DNA from: Desulfosudaceae bacterium
GTDB lineage: Bacteria; Desulfobacterota; Desulfobacteria; Desulfobacterales; Desulfosudaceae
DNA: 64,000 bases
Reading direction: 5' to 3'
Assembly (NCBI GenBank): GCA_963674745.2
Contig: CAXXDV010000001.1
Location: 128,001-192,000, forward strand
Below the pieces are notes generated by a model, which saw only the letters and a list, made by a program, of their open reading frames with translations, did no database searches and was not told where the DNA came from. Made by a program: the position numbers and the translations under genes. Shown here one piece after another: positions 42,407 through 51,728 of this stretch (position 1 is its first letter; every line of letters begins with the position of its first letter).

Positions 42407-43007
42407 TCCCTTTTCTTGTACAGCCTTGGTCTGACTCCTGCCGATCTGGATTCCGGGTCAAGCCCGGAATGACGAAAGCGAAAGGCCCGTCATTACGAAA
42501 CGAAAGGCATTCGTCATTCCGCCAACGCAAGGCCGTCATTACTCGTCATTCCGGACAGCGCAGCGCAGCGGAGCGTGATCCGGAATCCAGTTCTGACGAG
42601 CATTATTATACGACTTTACGTTTATTAGCAATACAGCCGGTTGTTTCTGGCTTTTCATTCCCTTTTCTTGTACAGCCTTGGTCTGACTCCTGCCGATCTG
42701 GATTCCGGGTCAAGCCCGGAATGACGAAAGCGAAAGGCCCGTCATTACGAAACGAAAGGCATTCGGCATGCCGCCGGCGAAAGGCCGTCATGACCAAGCG
42801 CAAGTCCGTCGTCATTCCGCCAACGCAAGGCCGTCATTACTCGTCATTCCGGACAAGCGCAACGAAGCGGAGGCCGTCATTACTCGTCATTCCGGACAAG
42901 CGCAACGAAGCGGAAGCCGTCTTTCCTCGTCATTCCGGACAGCGCAGCGCAGCGGAGCGTGATCCGGAATCCAGTTCTGACGAGCATCTTAGCACGACTG
43001 AACATAT

Positions 43008-43313
43008 TCACCCGGACTGTTTAATCGAATCATACAAATCTTTCCAGTGCGGGTTTGTTTTTTCAATAAGTTCAATCTTCCACTGACGCTTCCAGTTTTT
43101 TAACTGCTTTTCCCGGGTAATGGCGGATTCCATCGTGGCATGCAGTTCATACCAGACCAGTCGATGCACATGATATTGTTCGGTAAACCCTTTTATCTGA
43201 TTGTTCTTGTGTTGCCATATGCGTTTGACGATATTTGATGTCACGCCGACATAAATCGTGCCATTTTGCCTGCTGGTCAGAATATACACGGCCGGTTGTT
43301 TCTGTCTTTCCAT
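43008..43313 (-). CDS. Stand-alone GIY-YIG endonuclease (copy 2)
   Basis: Protein identical to copy 1 except A13T. Confidence 0.9.
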   Translation of the reverse strand: MERQKQPAVYILTSRQNGTIYVGVTSNIVKRIWQHKNNQIKGFTEQYHVHRLVWYELHATMESAITREKQLKNWKRQWKIELIEKTNPHWKDLYDSIKQSG

Positions 43314-43611
43314 TCCCTTTTCTTGTACAGCCTTGGTCTGACTCCTGCCGATCTGGATTCCGGGTCAAGCCCGGAATGACGAAGCGAAAGGCCCGTCATT
43401 ACGAAACGAAAGGCATTCGGCATGCCGCCGGCGAAAGGCCGTCATTCCTCGTCATTCCGGACAAGCGCAGCGCAGCGGAGGCCGTCATTACTCGTCATTC
43501 CGGACAGCGCAGCGCAGCGGAGGCCGTCATTACTCGTCATTCCGGACAGCGCAGCGCAGCGGAGCGTGATCCGGAATCCAGGCCAAGCGAACCCCGGAAT
43601 GACGACACCAA

Positions 43612-44811
43612 TTAATGCCTAAATGTCTTTACCAGTTCAACCAATAACCCAAAGGGACGAAAAAGAAAATAAAACCCGGAAAACCGTGAATCCCTGGAAT
43701 GCTTTTCCCAATCTTTCTGGGTGGGGATAAAAATCCGGCGCAGAAGATAATGAAACTTGTCTCCGGGATGTTCCCGGATTTTCAAATAATAAGGAAGCTC
43801 AGCAATACGACCTTCGATCCCTTTTGTCTGATGGTTGCCATCAAATAAATCCGTATATATTCTTTGAACAATTTTTCTAATAGTTTTGTCTTTTTTAATA
43901 TTATCAACGATTTCCACCGGCAATGTGATGCCAAACACATCCCGGGCCAGAAAAAGGCCCAGCAGCAACCGTCTCCGGCAATGAAGCAATCCGGCCAGCT
44001 TGAGCGTCAATTGCCAGTCAAGCGCCGGATGTTGGCCTATCCATTCGGCAACACATAGGACCTTCTCCAGATGATTCCAGATATCATGGGCACCGTTAAG
44101 GCACAGACACAACAGCATATCTTCCGCTGACAGGCTGAGTATATCCCGGCCATCAAAACTAATTTTTTGCAGCCGTTCTTTGCAGAATTCATAATCAAAA
44201 GCCTGCCGATAAGGCACGCTGACCTGCCAGTGCAGATCGATTTGCAGCTCTTCAGCTGCATCTAAAAAATGGCACTCTCTGGCGTATTTCAGAACCTGCA
44301 CAAAACGTTTGCCGGACAGCCATTTTACAGAAGGAAACAACCGGGATTCCAGAAGCGCGTCCCGGGCCGAAACAACCTGATCTTCCGGCACCAGTACATC
44401 CACATCCTGATAATACCTGAGGGCGCTGTCACCATACAGGCATTGTGACAACAAGGGCCCTTTGTAAAGAACAGCCGGGATACCACGCTGCTCAAACCGA
44501 GCCAGGACAGCCATCAGCTTTTTGCATATCCTGAGGTTGTAGGCGACTATATTTAAATACTGACGGGAAAAGTTACTTTGCACGGCCTCCGGCAACACCG
44601 GCAGCAATCCTGCCTTCTTGATATTGGCATACAAAACCGGCAGAACACGGTGATTTTCTGCCAGCCGCAAAATCCGCTCCCAGTCAACCCCTCCGATTTC
44701 AACCAGCTCGCCTGCCCGCCTGATCCTTTCCGGCGTCAAATCCGCCCGGATCAGGACCAGAAGCAACTCAAAATCAGCCGATTGTTTCTTACTGACAAAT
44801 TCGCTATACAC
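43612..44811 (-). CDS. Nucleotidyltransferase family protein (NTP_transf_5-like)
   Basis: VDW..ILRLA..HRV, YKG, R...DVDVLV, IDLHW. Confidence 0.8.
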   Translation of the reverse strand: MYSEFVSKKQSADFELLLVLIRADLTPERIRRAGELVEIGGVDWERILRLAENHRVLPVLYANIKKAGLLPVLPEAVQSNFSRQYLNIVAYNLRICKKLMAVLARFEQRGIPAVLYKGPLLSQCLYGDSALRYYQDVDVLVPEDQVVSARDALLESRLFPSVKWLSGKRFVQVLKYARECHFLDAAEELQIDLHWQVSVPYRQAFDYEFCKERLQKISFDGRDILSLSAEDMLLCLCLNGAHDIWNHLEKVLCVAEWIGQHPALDWQLTLKLAGLLHCRRRLLLGLFLARDVFGITLPVEIVDNIKKDKTIRKIVQRIYTDLFDGNHQTKGIEGRIAELPYYLKIREHPGDKFHYLLRRIFIPTQKDWEKHSRDSRFSGFYFLFRPFGLLVELVKTFRH

Positions 44812-44911
44812 TCACACCCCGCCTGCCTGAAACGAAAAACCACTGTTTAATCAATCTTTCTTTAATGGGTGCCACATTTGTCCTGTACAACCTCGGCATA
44901 CCACGGCCGCT

Positions 44912-45009
44912 CTGGATTCCGGGTCAAGCCCGGAATGACGAAGCGAAAGGCCGCCATTACTCGTCATTCCGGACAGCGCAGCGACAGCGGAGCGTGATCC
45001 GGAATCCAG
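44912..45009. repeat. Solo CGTC-type palindromic block
   Basis: Same termini as the blocks in 41541-43604. Confidence 0.8.
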
Positions 45010-45123
45010 TAGGGCGGCCCACCCCACTGCTCACACCCCGCCCACATAATCACATAATCACATAAACACCTAATCACCCCGAACCCCGAACCCCGAACCC
45101 CAAACCTGCCCCGCAGGTTTGGG

Positions 45124-47130
45124 TCACCCGCTCCTGGCGCTCTTCACAAAAATATTATACAGCGCCCAGAATCCGTAATACAGGTCCGTCTTGACCGGAT
45201 TTTTCAAATAGGCCCGCAGATATTTTTTTTCGGAAGCACAGATTTCCTCAAAGGTTTCGGGCATATCCACATAAAAGGGCGGAATCAGACCCGGCTTGGT
45301 CTGCTGGCGCAAATTGCGCAACGCTTCGTCATACAGGCTCAAATAATGGGTGCTCAAGGGCCGGACCCCGACCACTTTCAAATCCCCCCTTAACCAGTTG
45401 TACAGCATGGGCAGCTCATCGATCCACAACTTGCGAAACACCTTGCCCCAGCTGGTGACCCGAAAATCATCCTTGATCTTCCCCCCCTCCTTCAGCCCCT
45501 GATGTTCAAATACATAATCCTGCAAGAACTCCGAATAGGGATGCATGGTCCGCAGCTTGAACACATCAATCATCTTTCCCTGGTACCCGCTCCGGCGCAG
45601 GCTCACCATGGGACCGTAAGTGGGGTTTTCATTAAACGACGGTTTTTTCGCTTTCCGGGCAATCACCCACATTCGTCTGTCTATCTCCTGTTCAGCCACA
45701 ATATCAAATCCGCAGAACGACAACCGGCCCAGCACCTCGGCCCGGGAAAGAATCCGGTTTTTGCCCCTGGTAACGACAAAATACAAAGCATTGATCCGGG
45801 GCAGTTTGGGCAGGACCCGGTTAAACAGAAAGTCCAGGCTGTACAAAACATGGGCCAGCAGCCGCGGGAACTTGCGGTAGACCCATTCATAATGGGTTTT
45901 GATGGTATGGGCATAACCGATAAAATACCCTCCGGCCAGCAGCCCCTGGTGGATATTCAAAAAATATTCATTCACCCTTCGCACGTCATTTATTTTATGC
46001 AGGTTGATAAACAACCGGGTGGGGATTTCTTCTTCCAGGTTTCGAAACAACGGATCGCTGCTTTGCTCAATGGCGGTCTCCAGGCACAGGATCTCGTTCA
46101 GCTCCGGGATGTTTTCTTCAATAAAGTCAAAAACCCCGGGCAAGGCAACGGCCAACCGCTTTTCGATTTTGTTTTTTGCCGGGGCCAGCAGTTTTTCACG
46201 GATGGCCTCGATATCCACATTCATGTCCACCGGTGCCTGGTCCAGGATCTGCTGGACCGCTTCCACGGACTCGATATCTTTTTCCGCAGCCCGTTTCTTA
46301 CGCCCCCCCAGCACGACGGACAACAGAACCCCCTCAAGCACCATCAAAAAAACAACCGTGCCAAACCCCTGGAACCGGGAAAAATGAAACAACCGAAAGG
46401 CGAATACCACCACCCCCACGCTGGCCAGCATGATCATCCCGGCCTTTTCCCATTGCCAGAACACATCATAAGCGGTTTGCGACCGGAGGATGACAAACTT
46501 TTTTGTGGCCAGGGCACAAAAAAGCCACAGCACCAGCATCACCAGCAGCAACTTGTCATAGGCCGGCAGCAACCCCCAGTGCCCCCGTTTCATGTAATTG
46601 ACCAGAAAAAACGAAATCAACACCAGGGCCAGGTCCGCGGCCACCAGCCGGTAATGGATTACGAACCGGGCAACATCCCGGGGCATGGTCTCCCCGCCAT
46701 GGTCGGCATCAGCCGTTTGATAGGCAGCAACCGGCTGCCAAATCGACCAGGCCAGCACATTCAACAAAAAAAATAACAGGCCGGTGGCAAACACCTGCAC
46801 CCGAGAATACATGGTCAGACCGAAAAACACGATCAGAAAAGTGATGACATAGGTCAAATAGCAATTGGCCTTGAAAACGACCACCAACCCGTCCCGGTAG
46901 CCATCGTACTCCCCGGGTTGAAACTTTTTGGCCACCAGAGAAGACACCAGCCAGCAGACGACAAACAAAAGCAGCAGAAGGTCATACCTTGGTGGCAGGA
47001 GCAAATCCCCCCGCTTGAAGTAATTGCCCAGAAAAAAAGCAATCACCAGCAAACCAAAATCCACCCAGAACAGCTTGCGCCCGGTCAGCACCATCCCTTT
47101 TGATTCATTTCCACCGTTCTTCAAATCCAT
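45124..47130 (-). CDS. Priming sugar (polyprenyl-phosphate glycosyl-1-phosphate) transferase with an extended N-terminus
   Basis: FKLRTM, DFRVT..G..RKLWIDELP, GD...VGVRP; multiple TM segments; GAGGGG RBS before ATG 47130. Confidence 0.85.
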   Translation of the reverse strand: MDLKNGGNESKGMVLTGRKLFWVDFGLLVIAFFLGNYFKRGDLLLPPRYDLLLLLFVVCWLVSSLVAKKFQPGEYDGYRDGLVVVFKANCYLTYVITFLIVFFGLTMYSRVQVFATGLLFFLLNVLAWSIWQPVAAYQTADADHGGETMPRDVARFVIHYRLVAADLALVLISFFLVNYMKRGHWGLLPAYDKLLLVMLVLWLFCALATKKFVILRSQTAYDVFWQWEKAGMIMLASVGVVVFAFRLFHFSRFQGFGTVVFLMVLEGVLLSVVLGGRKKRAAEKDIESVEAVQQILDQAPVDMNVDIEAIREKLLAPAKNKIEKRLAVALPGVFDFIEENIPELNEILCLETAIEQSSDPLFRNLEEEIPTRLFINLHKINDVRRVNEYFLNIHQGLLAGGYFIGYAHTIKTHYEWVYRKFPRLLAHVLYSLDFLFNRVLPKLPRINALYFVVTRGKNRILSRAEVLGRLSFCGFDIVAEQEIDRRMWVIARKAKKPSFNENPTYGPMVSLRRSGYQGKMIDVFKLRTMHPYSEFLQDYVFEHQGLKEGGKIKDDFRVTSWGKVFRKLWIDELPMLYNWLRGDLKVVGVRPLSTHYLSLYDEALRNLRQQTKPGLIPPFYVDMPETFEEICASEKKYLRAYLKNPVKTDLYYGFWALYNIFVKSARSG

Positions 47131-47209
47131 GCCCCCCCTCTGGCCCCTGAAACCCCATAACAACCTTACAGGTAACTACACTAAAACCTTCCCCCCCTGC
47201 GAACCAGTC

Positions 47210-48076
47210 TTACAAAAATTTCATATTGTTCAAAACATGGCGGAAGTACTCCCTGGACCAGACATCCAGATCTACTGGCCGGGGGACAAAGGGCAGAATA
47301 TCGGCCTTGGCTGCTTCAAAATCCACTGCGTCAATCCGTTGCCCAATCATATCCAGACAACGGGATTTATCCAAAGGCCCCTCCTCCTTATAAACGCCTT
47401 TTTGCCGCAGCCGTTCTTCCAGATGAGATAGCAGCAAGGGAATATTTTTCCGCACCAGGAACGCAAAATCAAACCAGTCCCGGCCTTTCACCCGGTTTTG
47501 CCATCCACGAGACAAAACCGCGTCCATTTTTCCCGCAAAAAGCGCCGGACCGGAATACGCCCGCAAGGAAAACGGAACCGGCTCGTCAATGTAAGCCACC
47601 TCGAAGTCTGCGCCAGATGGCGGGTCAATATCCACTTCCAGCTTTACTTTACAAACCGCATCCCGATGAATCCTGCCGGCAACAGCCTCCGGCACTTTGG
47701 CCTTCATCATATGAATCCGTGTGTTTGCCTTGATAAATGCCGACGCAATCGGCGAATCTTGCTTTTTCCGATGCGCCTGAATATCCACCGTAAAGCCAAA
47801 GGCGCTCATCTCGTCTTTTAATGACGCGAAAAAAGCGGCCAGGCTAAAATCCCCATCAGGTGCCATCAAGGAAAAATCAAGGTCCTCGGAAAATCGGTCC
47901 AGGTGATACAATAGTCGCAGAGCTGTTCCCCCGTAAAACGCGGCATAAGAAAAAAATCCACCGCGCGACAACCCCAGCAAAGCAATCGATTGAACTGTTT
48001 CTGCAAGTGCCCGGTCCACTGCCCCATTATATTTCTCAAGATACGACTCTAATAATTGAACACTTGCCTCACGCAT
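47210..48076 (-). CDS. AbiEii/AbiGii nucleotidyltransferase toxin (type IV TA)
   Basis: FYGGTALR, RFSEDLDF, K..A...R, KGRDWFD. Confidence 0.9.
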   Translation of the reverse strand: MREASVQLLESYLEKYNGAVDRALAETVQSIALLGLSRGGFFSYAAFYGGTALRLLYHLDRFSEDLDFSLMAPDGDFSLAAFFASLKDEMSAFGFTVDIQAHRKKQDSPIASAFIKANTRIHMMKAKVPEAVAGRIHRDAVCKVKLEVDIDPPSGADFEVAYIDEPVPFSLRAYSGPALFAGKMDAVLSRGWQNRVKGRDWFDFAFLVRKNIPLLLSHLEERLRQKGVYKEEGPLDKSRCLDMIGQRIDAVDFEAAKADILPFVPRPVDLDVWSREYFRHVLNNMKFL

Positions 48077-48079
48077 TGC

Positions 48080-48709
48080 TTAGCCAGCCTGTTTCCCGAC
48101 AAATTTCATCAACATCCCCAGCGTCACTGTCCGGTAGTGCTCCGCCAATTGCATTAAATCCCCATAATCCAAACCACTGAATCCTTCCGGGTCTACCCGT
48201 AAATCGCCAAAAAGCAGTTGCTCCAGCCGCTCCAGAGACCGGACCCCCGAAATTCGATACAGCGTGTCACAAAGCGCCTTTTCCGCCGTAGCCATAAGAA
48301 AACGATGCCGCCCTTCTCCTGCCAACATGACACCATGCGAATACGCCCTGGACGGGACATCCTGATACAAAAAAGAGCCCACCGGTGTATCATATCGCTT
48401 GGATCGGCCCTTTTCATAAGTGGCCGAAGTAATGTGAGACACATGCTCCGGAATCAACCCGTGCCACCGCAGGGCATACACAAAAGACACATAAGACGGG
48501 CCATAAATCCGGTTGGCGGCCTGGCCCAGAACATAGGGATTATGCACGGCCTCCGCTTTAACATACAATCCCCTCTTAAGACGATGCAAAATGCCCTGTC
48601 GCACCAGGTATGCGATCTTTGATTTGGGATTGGCGTAATGCGAAAAATGATCCTGCAGCCATAAAGCATCCGGCAAATCCACCGGTATTTCCGAAGTATA
48701 CTTTTGCAT
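48080..48709 (-). CDS. AbiEi-type antitoxin / transcriptional regulator
   Basis: RLKRGLY, PSYVS..AL..HGLIPE, ATAEKALCD; GGAGGAG RBS before ATG 48709. Confidence 0.88.
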   Translation of the reverse strand: MQKYTSEIPVDLPDALWLQDHFSHYANPKSKIAYLVRQGILHRLKRGLYVKAEAVHNPYVLGQAANRIYGPSYVSFVYALRWHGLIPEHVSHITSATYEKGRSKRYDTPVGSFLYQDVPSRAYSHGVMLAGEGRHRFLMATAEKALCDTLYRISGVRSLERLEQLLFGDLRVDPEGFSGLDYGDLMQLAEHYRTVTLGMLMKFVGKQAG

Positions 48710-48721
48710 AACTCCTCCAAC

Positions 48722-48742
48722 AAGTATAAATACGATATACTT
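48722..48742. promoter_or_regulatory. Candidate AbiEi operator (inverted repeat)
   Basis: AAGTATA-N7-TATACTT just upstream of the RBS. Confidence 0.45.
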
Positions 48743-49008
48743 ACTGGCGCAAATATGCAACAAAAAAATCAAGCCGAACCGCATTCGCCAACCGCCCCAA
48801 CAAAGCTTCCTTCGTAATGCCGGGCCCTCTCTCCTCGTAATGCCGGACCCCTCTCCTCGTCATGCCGGACCCCGATCCGGCATCCATCCCTTTCGTCATG
48901 CCGGACCCCTCTCCTCGTCATGCCGGACCCCGATCCGGCATCCACAAGCGCCAAAACCTTCCCCTTAACCACATAATCACTTAACCACTTAATCACATAA
49001 TCACTTAA

Positions 49009-50337
49009 TCATTTAAACCCCTGCGAAGCAGGCCCAACAATCTCCGGGAACAGCGATATCGCATACAAAGGGATGTTGACGACCCGGGTTTCTTTCCTCA
49101 GATTAAGCAATGTCGTTCTTGCCAGCATCGGCGGACTGAACTTCCTGTCAAACGACTGCAGGCTTTTGCTTTTGGGATTTATTCCTGCTTTTACTTCCAG
49201 TGGCAGAATCACGCTACCGTGTTCGCAGACAAAATCGACTTCAGCAACACCGCCGCTTTGCCAGTAATACAGGTTCAGTCCCCTTCCGGCCACCAGTTGA
49301 TTGGCCACAAAATTCTCAACCAGTGCGCCTTCGTAACCCCGAAAAACCTGATCCCCCTGAATCATGGCGGCAGGATCAATCCCGGCCATGGCGGCGAGCA
49401 GGCCAACATCCAGAGCGAAAATTTTGAATATATTCGACTCCCGGTAAGCAGACAATGGATGACGGGCTGTGCTGACGCGGAAAGAGCGAAGGATCAATCC
49501 GGACTTTTCCAGCCACTCCAAAGCGTTTTCAAAATCTCTGATTCGGGCACTTTTTTTAAGCTTTGAAAAAACAAACTTCTTGTTTTCTTTGGCAAGCTGC
49601 CCGGGAATGGCATCCCAGATCATTTGCAGCTTCGGAATATCGGGGGATGAGGCGTACTTTGCAAAATCCAGCGCATAACCCGTAAGAATATCAGACTGAA
49701 TTTTTCGCACACCGGTTAAATCTTTGTTTTTTGTGTAATGTTCGACTACTTCCGGCATGCCACCGGTAAAATAATAGATTCGCAACTTTGAGATCAGCTC
49801 CTGATGCAAGGGATCAGGCAACGGTTGAGGATCAGTCATTTTAGTTAAATATTGACGCAATTGTCCTGCTCCAATAGCGGCTAAAAACTCCATAAACGTC
49901 ATCGGATAAAGATCCAGGAAGTTGACTTTGCCGACAGGAAACGTTCCCGGCCCTGAAAGCGTTATGCCCAGAAGCGATCCTGCACCCGCGACATGAAAGT
50001 CAGGTGCGTTTTCAAAAAAATACTTCAGCGATTTGAGCGCACCGTCCGATGCTTGAATCTCGTCAAACACGATCAGGTCCCGAACGGGACGAATACGACG
50101 GCCCGCATACAGTGACAGGTTTTCAATAATTTCCGCAGGTCGCACTCGCCCTTCGAAAAAGCCTTTTAAATTCGGGTCTTCTTCAAAATTGAAATAAACC
50201 AGCGACTCATATTCCGCCTTACCAAAAGTCTTCAGCAGCCAGGTCTTGCCAGTTTGCCTGGCACCACGCAACAACAATGGTTTTCTTTCCGAAGCGGATT
50301 TCCATTTCTGCAGTTGTGAATATATGTCACGTTTCAT
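49009..50337 (-). CDS. AAA_14 ATPase with DUF4143 and a PD-(D/E)xK-like tail (copy A)
   Basis: GARQTGKT, FDEIQ, AGS, GGMP, EVDF...PLEVK. Confidence 0.88.
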   Translation of the reverse strand: MKRDIYSQLQKWKSASERKPLLLRGARQTGKTWLLKTFGKAEYESLVYFNFEEDPNLKGFFEGRVRPAEIIENLSLYAGRRIRPVRDLIVFDEIQASDGALKSLKYFFENAPDFHVAGAGSLLGITLSGPGTFPVGKVNFLDLYPMTFMEFLAAIGAGQLRQYLTKMTDPQPLPDPLHQELISKLRIYYFTGGMPEVVEHYTKNKDLTGVRKIQSDILTGYALDFAKYASSPDIPKLQMIWDAIPGQLAKENKKFVFSKLKKSARIRDFENALEWLEKSGLILRSFRVSTARHPLSAYRESNIFKIFALDVGLLAAMAGIDPAAMIQGDQVFRGYEGALVENFVANQLVAGRGLNLYYWQSGGVAEVDFVCEHGSVILPLEVKAGINPKSKSLQSFDRKFSPPMLARTTLLNLRKETRVVNIPLYAISLFPEIVGPASQGFK

Positions 50338-50725
50338 AATTATAAATTATCATTTTGTGAGAAAATGTCAATTAAACATTGGAAAAACGTGATAAAATAA
50401 TAAAAATAGCAAAATTACATTGAAAAATCTTCTTCTAAGTAACAACTTTTTGTCTCAACATTGTTTATAGCGGGTTGGCTTCGAACCTGGACCGCCGGAG
50501 CTGCTCGTTTCAAGCGTAAAACGACCGGAACCGAAGCCCTAAAACCCTAAAACTTTAAAACCTAAAACCCTTTAAGCCACAAAACGGCTATTGTTACTTA
50601 TAGGTTTGGTTCCGGGCCATTCCCGGGTGAGTCGCTTAACACCTTAAAACCCTGATATGGTTGATTTGGTTTTCCGATGAGAAGAGATTCGGTGATAAGG
50701 GATATTGTATCACCGTTCAAAGGCA

Positions 50726-51223
50726 TTAAATCTTATGGGCATGCTTAAGGGCAAAATCTATTACCCTCTGGCTTAAATAAATACCATTTGATTGCATTCT
50801 ATGCATTGCTTCGCGCATTGAAAAATCAAGGCCACTGTTTTTTGCCCGGATCAGCACACCTATCGATCCGGTTAAATGAAGACCGTTTAACCGAGCAACG
50901 CGCCTTCCAACCACCTCATCAATGCAAACAGTTTGTATCTTTTTATTTAACGCCAGTTGAATAACCGAAGCCTCCCCCAAATCCAGTGAATTTTTTAAAA
51001 AATTCATAATGGCTATCGGTTCTGTTTGTTTCTGTAAAAAATCACAAGTCATAAATTCTTTTACGCCAAAAGCAGTGGCCCCACCCGTCTCTATTTCCTG
51101 ACATACCTCAAAAGGGACAAGGACGCGTCTGTAAATCTTCTCCAGTATAGACAAATCACCATAACCCGCTGTCAGAGCAAGCAAAGGACCGGTGTTTATT
51201 ACCAGTGATTCTGTTTCAGGCAT
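50726..51223 (-). CDS. PIN-domain protein (DUF3368-like toxin)
   Basis: VINTGPL, VP..V..E, LDLGEA, IDE..GR, GSIGVL; start overlaps the antitoxin stop. Confidence 0.82.
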   Translation of the reverse strand: MPETESLVINTGPLLALTAGYGDLSILEKIYRRVLVPFEVCQEIETGGATAFGVKEFMTCDFLQKQTEPIAIMNFLKNSLDLGEASVIQLALNKKIQTVCIDEVVGRRVARLNGLHLTGSIGVLIRAKNSGLDFSMREAMHRMQSNGIYLSQRVIDFALKHAHKI

Positions 51224-51470
51224 TTTGCATATCCGTCGAGAGTTCTGCCTCATCAAGATCTATCATGGGCACATTGAAACGATGAAGATTAAGCAAAAAT
51301 TTCGTCCGGCTACATCCAGCCAATGACGCTGCCATTCCAGATGAAAGGCGCTTCAACTCAAACAGCTTTACCGCCATCGCCATTCTGGCCTCATCCTCAA
51401 ACGCCTGCTTTGTCATTTGAAGAACATCCGGCAAGTTCTGCGGATATTGGATATTCAATTGATTTGGCAT
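51216..51470 (-). CDS. UPF0175-family antitoxin
   Basis: AVKLFE...LSSGMAASLAG.SR..F. Confidence 0.82.
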   Translation of the reverse strand: MPNQLNIQYPQNLPDVLQMTKQAFEDEARMAMAVKLFELKRLSSGMAASLAGCSRTKFLLNLHRFNVPMIDLDEAELSTDMQNA

Positions 51471-51688
51471 AAATCACCTCAAAATATCTTATTTTCCATT
51501 GTTCTCAAATCTTTGATATTTTCTAATATAATATGAATCCCCAACGAACTCAAGAAAATCAACCCCGACCACATAACCACTTAATCACATAATCACATAA
51601 TCACATAATCACATAATCACTTAATCACGTAATCACATAATCACGTAATCATTTAAACCCCTGCGAAGCAAGTACCTAAAAAATAAAC

Positions 51689-51717
51689 TTGACATTACAT
51701 GTATCTTTGAGTATTTT
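51689..51717 (+). promoter_or_regulatory. Candidate sigma70 promoter
   Basis: TTGACA-N17-TATTTT upstream of ATPase copy B. Confidence 0.55.
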
Positions 51718-51728
51718 TAATCACAACA

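Larger units (their letters stand above)
41541..43604. mobile_element. Array of CGTC-type palindromic repeats alternating with full and deleted GIY-YIG genes
   Basis: Five blocks bounded by CTGGATTCCGGGTCAAGCCCGGAATGAC and GATCCGGAATCCAG; 907-bp offset between the nuclease copies. Confidence 0.75.

Noticed and set aside
41541..43604. CGTC repeat array as CRISPR
   Set aside because: Block lengths are irregular and the intervening sequences are gene copies or their deletion derivatives
41524..43622. Plus-strand ORFs with RHSGQ / VIPD repeats
   Set aside because: Translations of palindromic repeat DNA
45502..46776. 424-aa plus-strand ORF
   Set aside because: Shadow ORF antisense to the sugar transferase
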